Assembly (NCBI GenBank): GCA_000002445.1
Contig: CM000207.1
Span: 1,984,001 to 2,048,000, forward strand
Length of the DNA stretch: 64,000 bases
DNA from: Trypanosoma brucei
Taxonomy: Eukaryota
Reading direction: 5' to 3'
Shown: positions 1-10,455 of the stretch, in pieces
How positions within the stretch are numbered: the stretch's first letter is position 1
Layout of the letters: each line of letters starts with the position of its first letter
Program-made: the position numbers and the translations under genes
Notes under the pieces: generated by a model
Databases searched by the model: none
What the model saw: only the letters and a program-made list of their open reading frames with translations
Told to the model about the DNA's origin: nothing

Positions 1-1062
1 TTACTTGAGCATAAGTTAATCGTAACGAGTGGCGTGGCAAATGCGAAGGAACGCAGCGCTAAAATAGCGGGTATTATCGCAGCAGTGACCATCGCAGGGA
101 AGAAAAAAATCGGTAACAATGAGAAGATGAACGATGAGGCAATTGTTCTCCCACAATTCGCAGATTCAACGCTGACAAAGAACCGGTGCATGGAGGCTGT
201 TGCTGCCCTGAAGCGTGAGTTCTTTGCGGCACAGGCACCGTTGCTAGAAACTTCGCGGTACTCTTGGTGCACACCCTCCCATATTTCTCGGATGACGACG
301 TCGGATGACTTCCGTAACCTGCCAAAGCCACCAAAGCTGCTGGATCCGGAAATGAGCACCAATGCAAAAGTCTCTCTGCCAAGTCGCAGCTCTGAAGCCG
401 CTAAGTCTCTCTTTGACGCGGTTGTAGTTCCAGCAACAGTAGAAAGTCAACGAACAGTGTTGAACATTGTGGGTCAATATCGTAAATTGGGTGGTGTACA
501 TACCAGCGATGGTTGGGCAGATATTGACAATAGGGCTGCAGCTTGCTATACATTTGAGGAGCTGGCGTGCAAGAACATCAAGCATGAGACTTTTGTTCAA
601 CTTCACGATGACCTTATACGGTGCTTCAAGGCGTGTTGCATGTCAATTCCAGACTTTGAAGCAACCTTTCTTCCTGCCTTCTTGCAGGCGTTAACGTCGC
701 CTGGGGATTTGTATGATGTACGGCGGTTTATCGCATATGTGCACCAGCTACAAAGAGATGACCTCAGGCACACCTACCACGGCCGCCTCGATGCTGGTGA
801 TTCAAAAAGGGACGCGGCACGGAAAGCTAGCTGCTCCCAGCAACAACCACCATTACCGAATCTAACGGCGGCTGATTGGATGCGCTTTCCTAGAATGCCT
901 CAGTCGATGGGGTGTATAGGGACTAGTGGCAATATCGGTGGAGACAAGAGTGATACGTCCACCGATGGTCTACGGCATCAGGCGCCACTAGTAAGTCCAC
1001 CGGCTTATTTATACAATAAATGGTTGAAGGAGAAACAAGCAAGGGCTATGGGTCCCATATGA
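1..1062 (+). CDS. Hypothetical protein, 5'-partial. The reading frame is open from base 1, and the first called start at 34 is GTG, so the true N-terminus probably lies upstream of the window.
   Basis: Continuous ORF with no in-frame stop from position 1 to the TAA at 1060-1062. Protein-like composition. No family recognised. Confidence 0.5.
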   Translation, partial: LLEHKLIVTSGVANAKERSAKIAGIIAAVTIAGKKKIGNNEKMNDEAIVLPQFADSTLTKNRCMEAVAALKREFFAAQAPLLETSRYSWCTPSHISRMTTSDDFRNLPKPPKLLDPEMSTNAKVSLPSRSSEAAKSLFDAVVVPATVESQRTVLNIVGQYRKLGGVHTSDGWADIDNRAAACYTFEELACKNIKHETFVQLHDDLIRCFKACCMSIPDFEATFLPAFLQALTSPGDLYDVRRFIAYVHQLQRDDLRHTYHGRLDAGDSKRDAARKASCSQQQPPLPNLTAADWMRFPRMPQSMGCIGTSGNIGGDKSDTSTDGLRHQAPLVSPPAYLYNKWLKEKQARAMGPI

Positions 1063-1603
1063 GACGTTGGACTACAACCTCACAAACCGCAGCTCCCCTT
1101 CCCGTCGATTTTTTCTTACTTTATGTCTCTGAAACTTTACAGAGACGGATTTTCTTTGCTCTGCATACTCGTGACTTTATTCTTCTGACTGCTACGCATG
1201 ACCGTAAGTGAATTTGGGAATAATCGGTGCAGTATTGGATGGACAGTTGAATAGATGGCACATGTTTCTGACGAGGCAGGTGAGTAATGCTTTACTTGTT
1301 TACTGTTATGGCCGTCGTGCGCGACAATTTTTTTCCTGCCTACTGATTGATCATTTTTCGTTTTATTTCTACTGACTTACTAGCAGCTCATCCTTGTAAA
1401 GCATACGGCGCCCAAGATTGTGAAATCGCAGTTCAGAGGTGTGTGCACACAAGTCTATACACACATAGACGAAAGGGAGAGTGCGTGCTCACAGCTTCCA
1501 AAGAAGTGGTGTCTAAGTGCCAAAACAAGTAAAAAGGATAACTTCTATCGTTGATCCCCTTAGATCTGCGCAGTTCCTACTTTATCCGCTAGTTACCGTC
1601 ATC

Positions 1604-2026
1604 ATGACGAAACTGGTGCGCAAACTCAAACAAATGGCCAAGAAAAGGGCCCACCGAAATACCGTGTTGAAGCGTAAGGCAGAGCGGGCTCAAAAAGAAC
1701 TTGAGGAAAATGCCAAACGAGAAAAAGAACGGTTGGAGCGGGAGACAACACTCGAGATGCAGCGGGTTGCCCGAGGTGATGAAGCTTCAGCTACCGGGGA
1801 ATCAACGGGGCTAAGCAATAAGGTAATGCGTGTAGTAGGAGATCTAATGTTAGAACTACCAAAACAAAGGGCGAAGAAGCAAGTGTCACGTAAGCAGGCG
1901 AAGCGCAAGGAGGCCGCTCGAGAACGTGGCGAAGCAATTGCCGCCCAAATGGGAAAGAAATGGGAGGCAAAAAAACGACGTGTGAAGCAGCGGGCGCAGA
2001 TCCGGAATGAGGATCTGCATGATTAA
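1604..2026 (+). CDS. Small K/R/E-rich coiled-coil protein (hypothetical), about 140 aa from the first ATG.
   Basis: The ORF-track entry 1517..2026 starts on GTG. The first in-frame ATG is at 1604 (MTKLVRKLKQMAKK...). Highly charged KRKAERAQKELEE... sequence. A polyY tract lies upstream. Confidence 0.45.
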   Translation: MTKLVRKLKQMAKKRAHRNTVLKRKAERAQKELEENAKREKERLERETTLEMQRVARGDEASATGESTGLSNKVMRVVGDLMLELPKQRAKKQVSRKQAKRKEAARERGEAIAAQMGKKWEAKKRRVKQRAQIRNEDLHD

Positions 2027-2226
2027 ACCAGAACATGAGGTTGCTGATTGCAAGACCATGTTTATCGTGCTTGTGCACTTGCATGATGTTTTTTAAGTCG
2101 CAGCGGATCGCAGTGTCGCAGGAACTTACTTTACTATTGGAGTACTATCACCATCGAGCGGCATGTTTGCACCTGTGTTCATGTCCGCAACTCACCTTAA
2201 CTTGAGTAGAACCTCTCATTAGAATT

Positions 2227-2300
2227 CCCTTTTTTTTTCTTTGTTCTTTGCTTTTCATCCACACGTAGGTACTTTTTATTTTTCTATTTTGCCTCACCTA
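2227..2300 (+). promoter_or_regulatory. Polypyrimidine tract, candidate trans-splicing / polyadenylation-coupling signal upstream of the LEO1-like gene.
   Basis: C/T-rich run (cccttttttttctttgttctttgcttttcatcc...tttttatttttctattttgcctcaccta), followed by AG dinucleotides before the ATG at 2342. Confidence 0.5.
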
Positions 2301-2341
2301 GTCGGCTTTCGTTGACAGTTGAGTTATTTTCCCTGCCGAAA

Positions 2342-4084
2342 ATGTATCGACACGGTCTGGAATCAGAAGAACAACGGCATGAGGATCTTCTATTACTTCC
2401 CACGCAATCGGACACGCAGACGACGGAGGAAAGAACAACGGCGAACCCAACCACTCAGGGTGCCACTGATGAGGGCGGCAGCGGTGCTGCAGATGGGGAA
2501 GGTGCAGCGACTTACCTCACACCGCGTGCAGTGAGTGTGGACTCTGATTTAACCTTGGAAGACCTCTTTGGTCCGTTCTTTTATGTGGACAAGTCACTAG
2601 TAGTAGTGGATCCCGCCCTACTTGGATCTCGAAGTTTACTGCGGCGATTCTTCGGGGACACTATATGCGAGACAGATGTGGACATTACGAGCGACAATGA
2701 AGAAGCGCTAAGAAAAGAGGTGGAATTGGCCAGGAAGGAGGCTTGTGTAAACTATGTCTATGAATTATTTGGTGAGGAAGGTGCAGCAATTATCGGTACT
2801 CAGGAGCCTAAGCCATTCGATTGCTTAGTTTCTTCTGTACCAGATAAACAGAATGTTGGTCTTTATGAGGAAATGTGGCTTACGGATATGCCAAAAATTG
2901 CCCCTAACCGTCAGACACTTCACATGGAACCGCGGCCGTACGTTTCTTCAAACCCTTCGGCTCCATTGAGAAGCACGGAGCGGAGCCTTTATACAACACA
3001 GAACGTCATCCGGTGGTCGATTGGCTGCCGCGACAAGTTATTTGTTAGCAATGCACGCATTGTGCGATGGAGTGACGGTAGCACCACATTGCGGGTTGGC
3101 AGTGACTCTTTCCCGTTACAGCTGTCAAGAGATAACGCAATCACAATGCTGGCTTCTCCATCCGCGATTAGTAAGGGAGACCTCACTTTACCCGCGATGG
3201 TTTCTGTAATCAACCCCAGTAAACACTTCGTTGCAGAATGCAACAGTGCAGCTTCAATTGAAAAAGCTGTTAACGAAGAGAATCAACGGATCAGGTCTGT
3301 GTCGGCCCAGCACAACCTTGCATACAGTGTTCCAACACTTCCAAGTGTTGACTGGAACAATTTAGCTGCATCTGGAACACCTGAAGGGGAGTTCCTCGCG
3401 AGGTCGTACAATCTTCGTAAAAAGATGATGGAACAAAGGAAGAACAGAGGAGAACCCATGACGCTTACTGAGCAGCTGCAAATGGAAAGTGAACTATTTG
3501 AGAAATTGCAGAGTCTCAGTGCCAAGGAACTTCTGGAGCAACAGCAGGAACAGGAGCGACAAGCAGCCCTCCGCTCTCTGACGCGGCAGAATCAGACAGC
3601 TCATCGCCGTCGTTTCGAGAGGACTGTAGAGCTTGAAGGTGGTGAATATCGTGAGGGACATAATAGTATGGGTGGGGGTAATACTGGCTTGAACGGTGGA
3701 GACTTTGATAATAATGATGAGGATGAAGAAATCGAAGATGATTACGAAACAATGCTGGAAAACGTGCGGCGCAAGCGGCAGCGAGAAGACGATGAGGCCG
3801 ATGCGAAACATGCTCGCAATATTCGCTTGTATGAACAAGCAAGGGCGGGGCAGTACGGCAGCCTCATAGATTCCATGCAGGATCTTCTTTCTCAACTCCC
3901 GGACGGTTCCATTGTTCGGGAAAGCGTGGACGAAACGGTTGAGTTCCTTCGTGCTGGGTCTTTTTCCCCTGCGGTCGTCATTAAGGAGGTTCCACTGATG
4001 CTGGAGGGAGTGGCGAGTGAGTGCCCGGATGTTGACATCGGTAAGGTGAGGGAGGAATTGCGCAAGCTACATGAGCGAAAGTGA
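2342..4084 (+). CDS. LEO1: Probable LEO1-like RNA polymerase II-associated (Paf1 complex) protein.
   Basis: The called ORF starts with TTG at 2312; the first ATG is at 2342. The translation contains 'SNARIVRWSDGSTTL', matching the conserved LEO1 core motif (xNARIVRWSDGSxSL). It also has an acidic DEDEEIEDDYE stretch and coiled coil, as in LEO1. Confidence 0.45.
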   Translation: MYRHGLESEEQRHEDLLLLPTQSDTQTTEERTTANPTTQGATDEGGSGAADGEGAATYLTPRAVSVDSDLTLEDLFGPFFYVDKSLVVVDPALLGSRSLLRRFFGDTICETDVDITSDNEEALRKEVELARKEACVNYVYELFGEEGAAIIGTQEPKPFDCLVSSVPDKQNVGLYEEMWLTDMPKIAPNRQTLHMEPRPYVSSNPSAPLRSTERSLYTTQNVIRWSIGCRDKLFVSNARIVRWSDGSTTLRVGSDSFPLQLSRDNAITMLASPSAISKGDLTLPAMVSVINPSKHFVAECNSAASIEKAVNEENQRIRSVSAQHNLAYSVPTLPSVDWNNLAASGTPEGEFLARSYNLRKKMMEQRKNRGEPMTLTEQLQMESELFEKLQSLSAKELLEQQQEQERQAALRSLTRQNQTAHRRRFERTVELEGGEYREGHNSMGGGNTGLNGGDFDNNDEDEEIEDDYETMLENVRRKRQREDDEADAKHARNIRLYEQARAGQYGSLIDSMQDLLSQLPDGSIVRESVDETVEFLRAGSFSPAVVIKEVPLMLEGVASECPDVDIGKVREELRKLHERK

Positions 4085-4448
4085 CCGAGATAGGGATATA
4101 CCGGTGTCACGTGCTCTCACCGTTCGGATCACCTGCTCGTGTTGATGCTGTTGTTCATGTTTCCTTTCTTGTTTCTGTGGTGGTGGTTGATTACGTATTG
4201 CATATCCCTAAGAGCCGCATCTGCAGTATTAGGAGGGAAGAAGAAAAAAATCTTGATGGAAAGATCTGGCAGATCTTACCCTGGCAGCGTCTGATTTTTA
4301 CTAACAGCCTCCCCCTCTATCAATCCTCGCACGCACACTCGAAAGCCGACACCGCGGTGGCGTGGGAGTTTCAAAATGATCCACGACAGAATGCGAAGAC
4401 AGGGTCACTTCGATACGGAGAAATGAGGGGGATGTGAGTATGGTAGAA

Positions 4449-4476
4449 ATATATATATATATATATATATATATAT
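4449..4476. repeat. (AT)14 dinucleotide microsatellite.
   Basis: aaatatatatatatatatatatatatatatattact in the intergenic region. Confidence 0.9.
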
Positions 4477-4620
4477 TACTGAGTTCGTTTACCTCATCTT
4501 TTAAACCGCGACATTTTCTTCCCTGTTGTGGGAAATCCCAGGGGTTCCCCTTATTTCGAAGAGTAAAAATAATTTTGAAGTGCAAGCCCTGGCACCTTGT
4601 GTAATTTGTTGGAGAGTTGC

Positions 4621-4680
4621 GTTTTTTTTGTCCCGCTGCCCACTCTCCTTTTTTCTCATCCCTTTTTTTTTCTTCGCCTC
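4621..4680 (+). promoter_or_regulatory. Polypyrimidine tract upstream of the cysteine desulfurase-family gene (candidate SL trans-splice signal).
   Basis: gttttttttgtcccgctgcccactctccttttttctcatcccttttttttttcttcgcctc, about 120 bp upstream of the ATG at 4804. Confidence 0.5.
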
Positions 4681-4803
4681 AATATAATATACTTTCATGT
4701 GCTCACCAGTCCGCATTTAAAAAATTGTTTTCTCATTCTTTGCAATTACCGAATCATCGTCTCTTGCTTATACGATATTTCTTACTATATTTGTGTTTAG
4801 GGA

Positions 4804-6159
4804 ATGTGTAGCATTGAGGGCCCGCCACTCAAAAAACTGCGACCGCAGCCGCTCACGCCCACAGACCCTATTCCCATTTATTTGGACTACAATGCCACTA
4901 CACCACTCTGCATGGAATCTTGGAGGGCCATGTCGGCTATTGTACCATTTTCGTGGGGGAACCCCAGTTCAGTCCATCCATATGGTTTGGCGGCAAAATT
5001 TGTGCTGGATGAGGCGAGGGGGAAAGTAGCAAACGCCATTCGTGCGGTAACTCCTGCGAATGTTATTTTCACTTCGGGTGGGACGGAGGCTAATAACTTA
5101 GCAATAATCGGCGGGTTCACGGCATTGCGGGAACGGTTTCCAAGTCGACACTATATAATTACGACAAACGTTGAGCACCCCGCCGTTGAGGAAGTGTTAA
5201 AGTTTTTGGAAAGAGAGCATTCGGCAGTGGTGAAGGGAGGAGATAGACGCATGTCAGGTGGAAAAAAGCAACAGCCACCACCCGTAGAGGTGTACCGCTT
5301 CCCTGTCGATCCTAGGACCGGTTGCGTGCGCACCGACGAGTGGCGCAAACTTCTACTCGAACTTCCGGGTGGCCCACAAAACGTTGCACTAGTAACAGTG
5401 ATGCACGCCAACAATGAAATTGGTGGTATTAATCCTATTGATGACCTCGTGAAACTTGTGAAGGAAATATGTGGTGAGGAAACACTGTTTCACACTGATG
5501 CAGCACAATCTATCGGGAAAGTGCCCGTAAATGTCAGCGCCATGCGCGTTGACATGCTGTCCATTTGTTCGCACAAATTCTATGGCCCAAAGGGTGTTGG
5601 TGCGTTATATGTCAGGGATGGTGTGCGTATACGAAATATTCTCTTCGGAGCAAATCATGAAAATGGTGCACGCCCAGGCACAGAGAATGTGCTCTTGGTA
5701 ACAGGTATGGCGGAGGCGCTTCATGTGGCCTGCAAGAACCTAACCGCAAACGCTGCCACAATGCGCAATACTCGCGACGAATTATTTCGGGTGATAAAGC
5801 AAGAAGTTTCCAAGGTGGGTATGGATTGTGTGTTGAATGGTGACATCGACCATGCTCTTCCTAATACATTGAGTGTTGCATTGTTTAAAGTGACAGATAG
5901 TGGTAAGCGAAGATACATTTCCGCCCACGGACTCATTCAGGCGGTCGGTGATAAGGTGTGCATGTCCTCGGGCGCGGCCTGCCATTCTGCAGAGGAGAAC
6001 GTTGTTGTTTCCGCCTCACTGCGCAGCGTTGGTGTGGATTTGGATCGTGCGGTAGGCACACTCCGTCTTTCTACAGGACGAACAACAACGATGGCGGAGG
6101 TGCGGCGAGCGGCTCGCATCATTGTTCGGCGGGCCGTGCAACAGTTCGGTGAGTTTTAG
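4804..6159 (+). CDS. Class-V aminotransferase: cysteine desulfurase / selenocysteine lyase-family PLP enzyme.
   Basis: ATG start. Motifs 'FTSGGTEANNLAI', 'ICSHKFYGPKGVGALYV' (PLP-lysine SxHK motif) and C-terminal 'MSSGAACHS' (active-site Cys loop), typical of the NifS/SCL family. Confidence 0.8.
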   Translation: MCSIEGPPLKKLRPQPLTPTDPIPIYLDYNATTPLCMESWRAMSAIVPFSWGNPSSVHPYGLAAKFVLDEARGKVANAIRAVTPANVIFTSGGTEANNLAIIGGFTALRERFPSRHYIITTNVEHPAVEEVLKFLEREHSAVVKGGDRRMSGGKKQQPPPVEVYRFPVDPRTGCVRTDEWRKLLLELPGGPQNVALVTVMHANNEIGGINPIDDLVKLVKEICGEETLFHTDAAQSIGKVPVNVSAMRVDMLSICSHKFYGPKGVGALYVRDGVRIRNILFGANHENGARPGTENVLLVTGMAEALHVACKNLTANAATMRNTRDELFRVIKQEVSKVGMDCVLNGDIDHALPNTLSVALFKVTDSGKRRYISAHGLIQAVGDKVCMSSGAACHSAEENVVVSASLRSVGVDLDRAVGTLRLSTGRTTTMAEVRRAARIIVRRAVQQFGEF

Positions 6160-6560
6160 AGCGGCAGCGCATCTCTCCCTTACCTACCGTCGCAAATAAA
6201 TGCATCAGCAAGTATCAAGGATGTCAAGAGTCGTTTGAAAAGGAAGGAGTGGTGGGGTGTTACCGTGGAAAAAAGGGTAATATCGCTCTGTGGACCAGAC
6301 GAATGGTGAGCCAAAGTCCTCCTAACCACGCGTCTCTTGCTTACTGTTTACGTGGGATTTATCTCTTCACCTGCACCGTTGTTTGTTTTCCCTCTATTAC
6401 TCGCCTCACACTTTCCTTTCCTCTCTATACAACGTATAGATTATGTTCATCTATTGGTTTCATTTTCTTGTATGATTCTATTTTCACGTCTAGTTAATTA
6501 ATGGTTTCTCGTGGTGAAGGAACTGAAGGGCGTTGGGTGGAAGGATAAAAGGAAGGGGTC

Positions 6561-7778
6561 ATGGAAACGAAAGGTTCTTCTGTTCATGTATGCAGCAACG
6601 CATGGAAGCTGACGCACCATGTCACATGGAAGGATGATGGTTTCCCTTTTGTGCTTCACGTTCCTGAACTTGAGTTACGTATTGATTTCCCTATTGCACA
6701 CTACAAGTGCTGTTGGGCCTGCGCCATGCTACATCCCGTGTGGAAAAGGGTGGCGAAATGCAGTCCAAGACAAGAGTATGCGAGACAAACAAATGCATCG
6801 GTATGCATCCATAAACCCACCTTACGAGAAGCAGGCGACGTATTGTCGGAGCTATCGTCGTTCACTCTCGCACTTGACAAGCGGCAGAAACAACACTATC
6901 CCAGGAGCAGCGTTAGTAGACTAAGGTTCGTTCACAGTCTGCCAACTATAATTCGTTTAGGGAACGGTATAAAGGGAACCATCACTGCCACATTTACGCT
7001 TCAACGATGTGTTGCGGATGGGAATAATTCCTCCACTTTGTTCCCTACATTTATTGCCGTTGAGTCAGTCGGTCTCATAGATTGTTTTGTGGTTGACGCA
7101 ATCCCGAGGTCGAGAAAGGGCCATGAACGCAACGGGGTGACTTTGTTGCCACTCCAGAACATAAGCAGTGGCGGTGAAACAGCAACGTACGACGCGCTCA
7201 ATATCCAGCTGCGTTTCGACTGCCTTCCACCGTCGTTTGACAGTTCGCTTACTTCTCACGAGATACCGTGGGAGCTCCGCGTGTATGCCGTCTTTTACGA
7301 GTCGTTAGATGCACAGGTACGCCTTGACGACGCGTTCAGGCGGCTCGCTGAATGGCATCCAAGTAAAACAATGGAAGAGCGGTTTGCCGTCGTGAGCCCC
7401 GGGGTCGATCCCTCCATATCCATAAATATGGAACTAAGACATAAGGGGTGGCTGCATCGTCACATCAAAGAGGCATTAAACCAGATGGACTGCAGAGTAG
7501 AAGGTGACAATGAGGACGCAGGTCATCCTCCAGCTGAACTTCGACCTATCGCCACTCTTGAAGGAGCCGACAACGTTGTAGTGGAGACGTGTCCACAGGC
7601 AGGCAGTAGTGCTGTTGTAGCTGTGTTACCGAGAGATACGAAGTGGCCGTTAGTAGTCGCTGTTGAAACAGAAAAAGGGATGGGGAAACAGTCCCCTCCG
7701 ATACCGGGTTCCTCGTCTCTCGAGCGGCTCTCCCGTGAATTCATCAAGCTGTGGGAAAGACTTAGTGTTGACGATTAA
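6561..7778 (+). CDS. Hypothetical protein (405 aa).
   Basis: ATG-initiated long ORF co-directional with its neighbours. No recognisable family. Confidence 0.5.
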   Translation: METKGSSVHVCSNAWKLTHHVTWKDDGFPFVLHVPELELRIDFPIAHYKCCWACAMLHPVWKRVAKCSPRQEYARQTNASVCIHKPTLREAGDVLSELSSFTLALDKRQKQHYPRSSVSRLRFVHSLPTIIRLGNGIKGTITATFTLQRCVADGNNSSTLFPTFIAVESVGLIDCFVVDAIPRSRKGHERNGVTLLPLQNISSGGETATYDALNIQLRFDCLPPSFDSSLTSHEIPWELRVYAVFYESLDAQVRLDDAFRRLAEWHPSKTMEERFAVVSPGVDPSISINMELRHKGWLHRHIKEALNQMDCRVEGDNEDAGHPPAELRPIATLEGADNVVVETCPQAGSSAVVAVLPRDTKWPLVVAVETEKGMGKQSPPIPGSSSLERLSREFIKLWERLSVDD

Positions 7779-8556
7779 GAGTCATTTGACTACATATTTG
7801 ATGTGGTTAAATATGTGTACAAGACCACCTCTCACTTAGTGGAACCTTAGAGTTGGAGGAGTGTTCGCATAGCTTCATCGATTTTGTGGTATATGCATAA
7901 CTTGACCCACCCATGCTCGTGGATCCGCTGACCTAGTTTGGCGCGGGTTATATACTGTGTGTTTCACCGGTAGACAGTGAGGCGGGTACTCCGCTTTTAC
8001 GGTGCCGTAGAGTTTCTAGAGGACAAATTGGGGAGTGGTGTTTCTCCCACTTATTCAAACCTTCCAGTTTCACATCGGACATATGGGTAACTGTTGCATT
8101 GCATGACGTATCTGCACTTATACGTTTGTGTATTTGTGTGCTATAAGCATATACTCACTTCATGTTGTCAAACAATATAGATTGATGTGACTGGTGTCTA
8201 TGTTAATCTTTTCAGCTGTTTTCTTGCTCCGCAACGTTAGACCATCCTTATTTCCCCTGCGCTACTCTTTCTGTGATTTATAAATAATTCTTTATTAGAA
8301 AAATAATAACATAGTCACACCTACATCCCCCTTTTCATCGTGGGCTCATAGAGGGAAAGTATAGCTCTTAACTTAAAAGAACTGTGCAGGGCCTCAGAAC
8401 GTTGTTCCCACTACGAACCGGTGCACGGGCCGAGCGGTTGGTTGGATAGAGGGGTGACAAAGGTTAAAAGAATTTTCCTTTTCCTCTGGAAAAAAGGGTG
8501 TATTGATTAGTGATAACAATTAGTTACAGCAGCCACACTTAACTGCTTTCACAATT

Positions 8557-8605
8557 TGTTTTTTTTTCACTGTTCTAGTTTCCTTTCCCTCTTTTTTTTT
8601 TTATC
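8557..8605 (+). promoter_or_regulatory. Polypyrimidine tract upstream of the MFS transporter gene.
   Basis: tttgtttttttttcactgttctagtttcctttccctcttttttttttttatcg, about 75 bp upstream of the ATG at 8680. Confidence 0.5.
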
Positions 8606-8679
8606 GTCAAAAGACGATATCTTTGTTCACTATTTAATTGCGTACGTTCAGTTGTTCGTTATTAAATTGAGACAAAGAA

Positions 8680-10455
8680 ATGCAACAAAAATCGGACGCC
8701 GTTACACCGCTTCCCCTGAAGCAGATGTTCCCGTTAGCACTCGTTCTGCTAAACGAAAGTCTTTGTTCTTCAATACTTCTGCCCTATGTTGGATACCTCG
8801 TGTCATTCTTCGAAAAGTGTCCCCCAGAGGAGGCCGGTTACATGTCAGGAGTGGTTTTGGGATCCTTCATGCTTGGGCAGTTCACGAGCGGCAAAATGTG
8901 GGGTTGGATGAGTGACTATTACGGTCGTAAACCAACCCTTGCGTTAGGTCTTATTATCGGTGGGTTGATGGTTCTTTGCTTTGGCTTCAGCGGCAACATC
9001 TGGGTTTGCATCATTTTTCGTTTCTTTCATGGCCTCTCGAACGGAAACCTTTTGGTCGCAAAGACAGTACTGGCTGATATTCTCGACAGAACCAATGAAG
9101 CCCAAGGGTTTGCGATGGTTAGTTTCACGTACGGTTTCGGGATTCTAATCGGTCCGGCGATGGGTGGACTGCTGTACGATCCCGCAAACAGCAATATGTT
9201 TCGTTGGGCAGGTTTCAGAAAAGATGGCGTTTTCGCCCGCTACCCGGGACTGATGCCAGCAGTTGCATGCTTCTTCTACGCTATTTTTGCTCTTGTCATA
9301 TGTTTGGTGTTTCTAGCGGAGACCAATCCTCATGCTCGACCTTTACCAGGGTGGATTTTGGCGCTCCTACCATCTTCGCTGCGACTCAGAGCCACACATG
9401 AGGTGGTCCCAAATAATGAAAATATAGAGGCTGTAGTTGTCGAGCCGGAGCCGGATTATTTTTTCAATGGGTTACCTGATGAGTCTGATATCTTAGGTGA
9501 AAATCATGGGACTGCGACATGGGAGAAGTCTCAACAGCTTTCTTTTCGGAAGGACGGAACAAACGAAGAAGCGAAGCAACACAAAGAAGCAGCACCTAAC
9601 GGTACAAATGGTCGGGTGGATTCTCATCTAGAAGTAGATCGCGAGGCGAGTGCCCCGGCTCTGCGCGGTGCAGATGAAATAAGTGTTGCTACTTCTCAAG
9701 AAAAGGAACCGTTTGGGTACAGAGATTCATTTGTAAACCCCAATACGAGGTGTGTATTAGTCACCTACATGCTCATTTGCTGTGGAGATGTGGCGTTCTC
9801 GGAGATTTTTTCGTTGTGGGCGATTGCAGGGACATCTCATGGAGGACTCGGTTATCAGGCCAGTGCGGTTGGGACGCTTCTCTTAACGAACAGTTTCCCG
9901 TGTCTCTTGTCTAACGTCACGTTGCACCTCGCATGTCGCGTGATTACCAACAAATTAGTTTTGTGGCGTATTTCCGTGATGATAATTTCTGTGGTAGTTG
10001 GTTTGATGCCTTTCGTGACGTATGCGGTGGGAGGTGCACAGATCCCCTTACTTCTCATGTGCACATTTGCCAGGCAGTGGTTTAGTTCCTGGGCTTTCGG
10101 ACTCATTACAATATTTACTGCTCGCGTTGCGCCACCCCTTCACACAGGTACAATGTATGGTATTGCCCAATCTTGTGGCTCAATAGTGCGTTGCGTGATT
10201 CCGTTCGCAATTACCCCACTGTTTGCGTGGTCAATATCAGGTCATAAGCCCATTCCATTCAACAGCGTGCTTACCTTTCTCATTTCATCCGTAATGTTTA
10301 TCTCTGCATGTGTTGGTTCGTTAGGTCTCAAGGTTGAAGACGAAAACGAGCTGCAAAACGAACAGCAACTCGAAACAAACTATGTGGTGGTTATGGATTG
10401 CGAATTTGATGACGGGGACGCTAGGGGTGGAATTTTCACAGGTATTAAGGGGTGA
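8680..10455 (+). CDS. Major facilitator superfamily (MFS) transporter.
   Basis: ATG start. Multiple predicted TM helices. Classic MFS loop motif 'GKMWGWMSDYYGRKPTL' (G-x3-D-x2-GRK). 591 aa. Confidence 0.8.
   Translation: MQQKSDAVTPLPLKQMFPLALVLLNESLCSSILLPYVGYLVSFFEKCPPEEAGYMSGVVLGSFMLGQFTSGKMWGWMSDYYGRKPTLALGLIIGGLMVLCFGFSGNIWVCIIFRFFHGLSNGNLLVAKTVLADILDRTNEAQGFAMVSFTYGFGILIGPAMGGLLYDPANSNMFRWAGFRKDGVFARYPGLMPAVACFFYAIFALVICLVFLAETNPHARPLPGWILALLPSSLRLRATHEVVPNNENIEAVVVEPEPDYFFNGLPDESDILGENHGTATWEKSQQLSFRKDGTNEEAKQHKEAAPNGTNGRVDSHLEVDREASAPALRGADEISVATSQEKEPFGYRDSFVNPNTRCVLVTYMLICCGDVAFSEIFSLWAIAGTSHGGLGYQASAVGTLLLTNSFPCLLSNVTLHLACRVITNKLVLWRISVMIISVVVGLMPFVTYAVGGAQIPLLLMCTFARQWFSSWAFGLITIFTARVAPPLHTGTMYGIAQSCGSIVRCVIPFAITPLFAWSISGHKPIPFNSVLTFLISSVMFISACVGSLGLKVEDENELQNEQQLETNYVVVMDCEFDDGDARGGIFTGIKG

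Noticed and set aside
8556-8915. A 119-aa plus-strand ORF overlapping the 5' end of the MFS transporter gene.
   Set aside because: It starts inside a polypyrimidine tract (FFFHCSSFLSLFFFLSS...) in a different frame from the well-supported MFS ORF. It is a translated splice-signal region.
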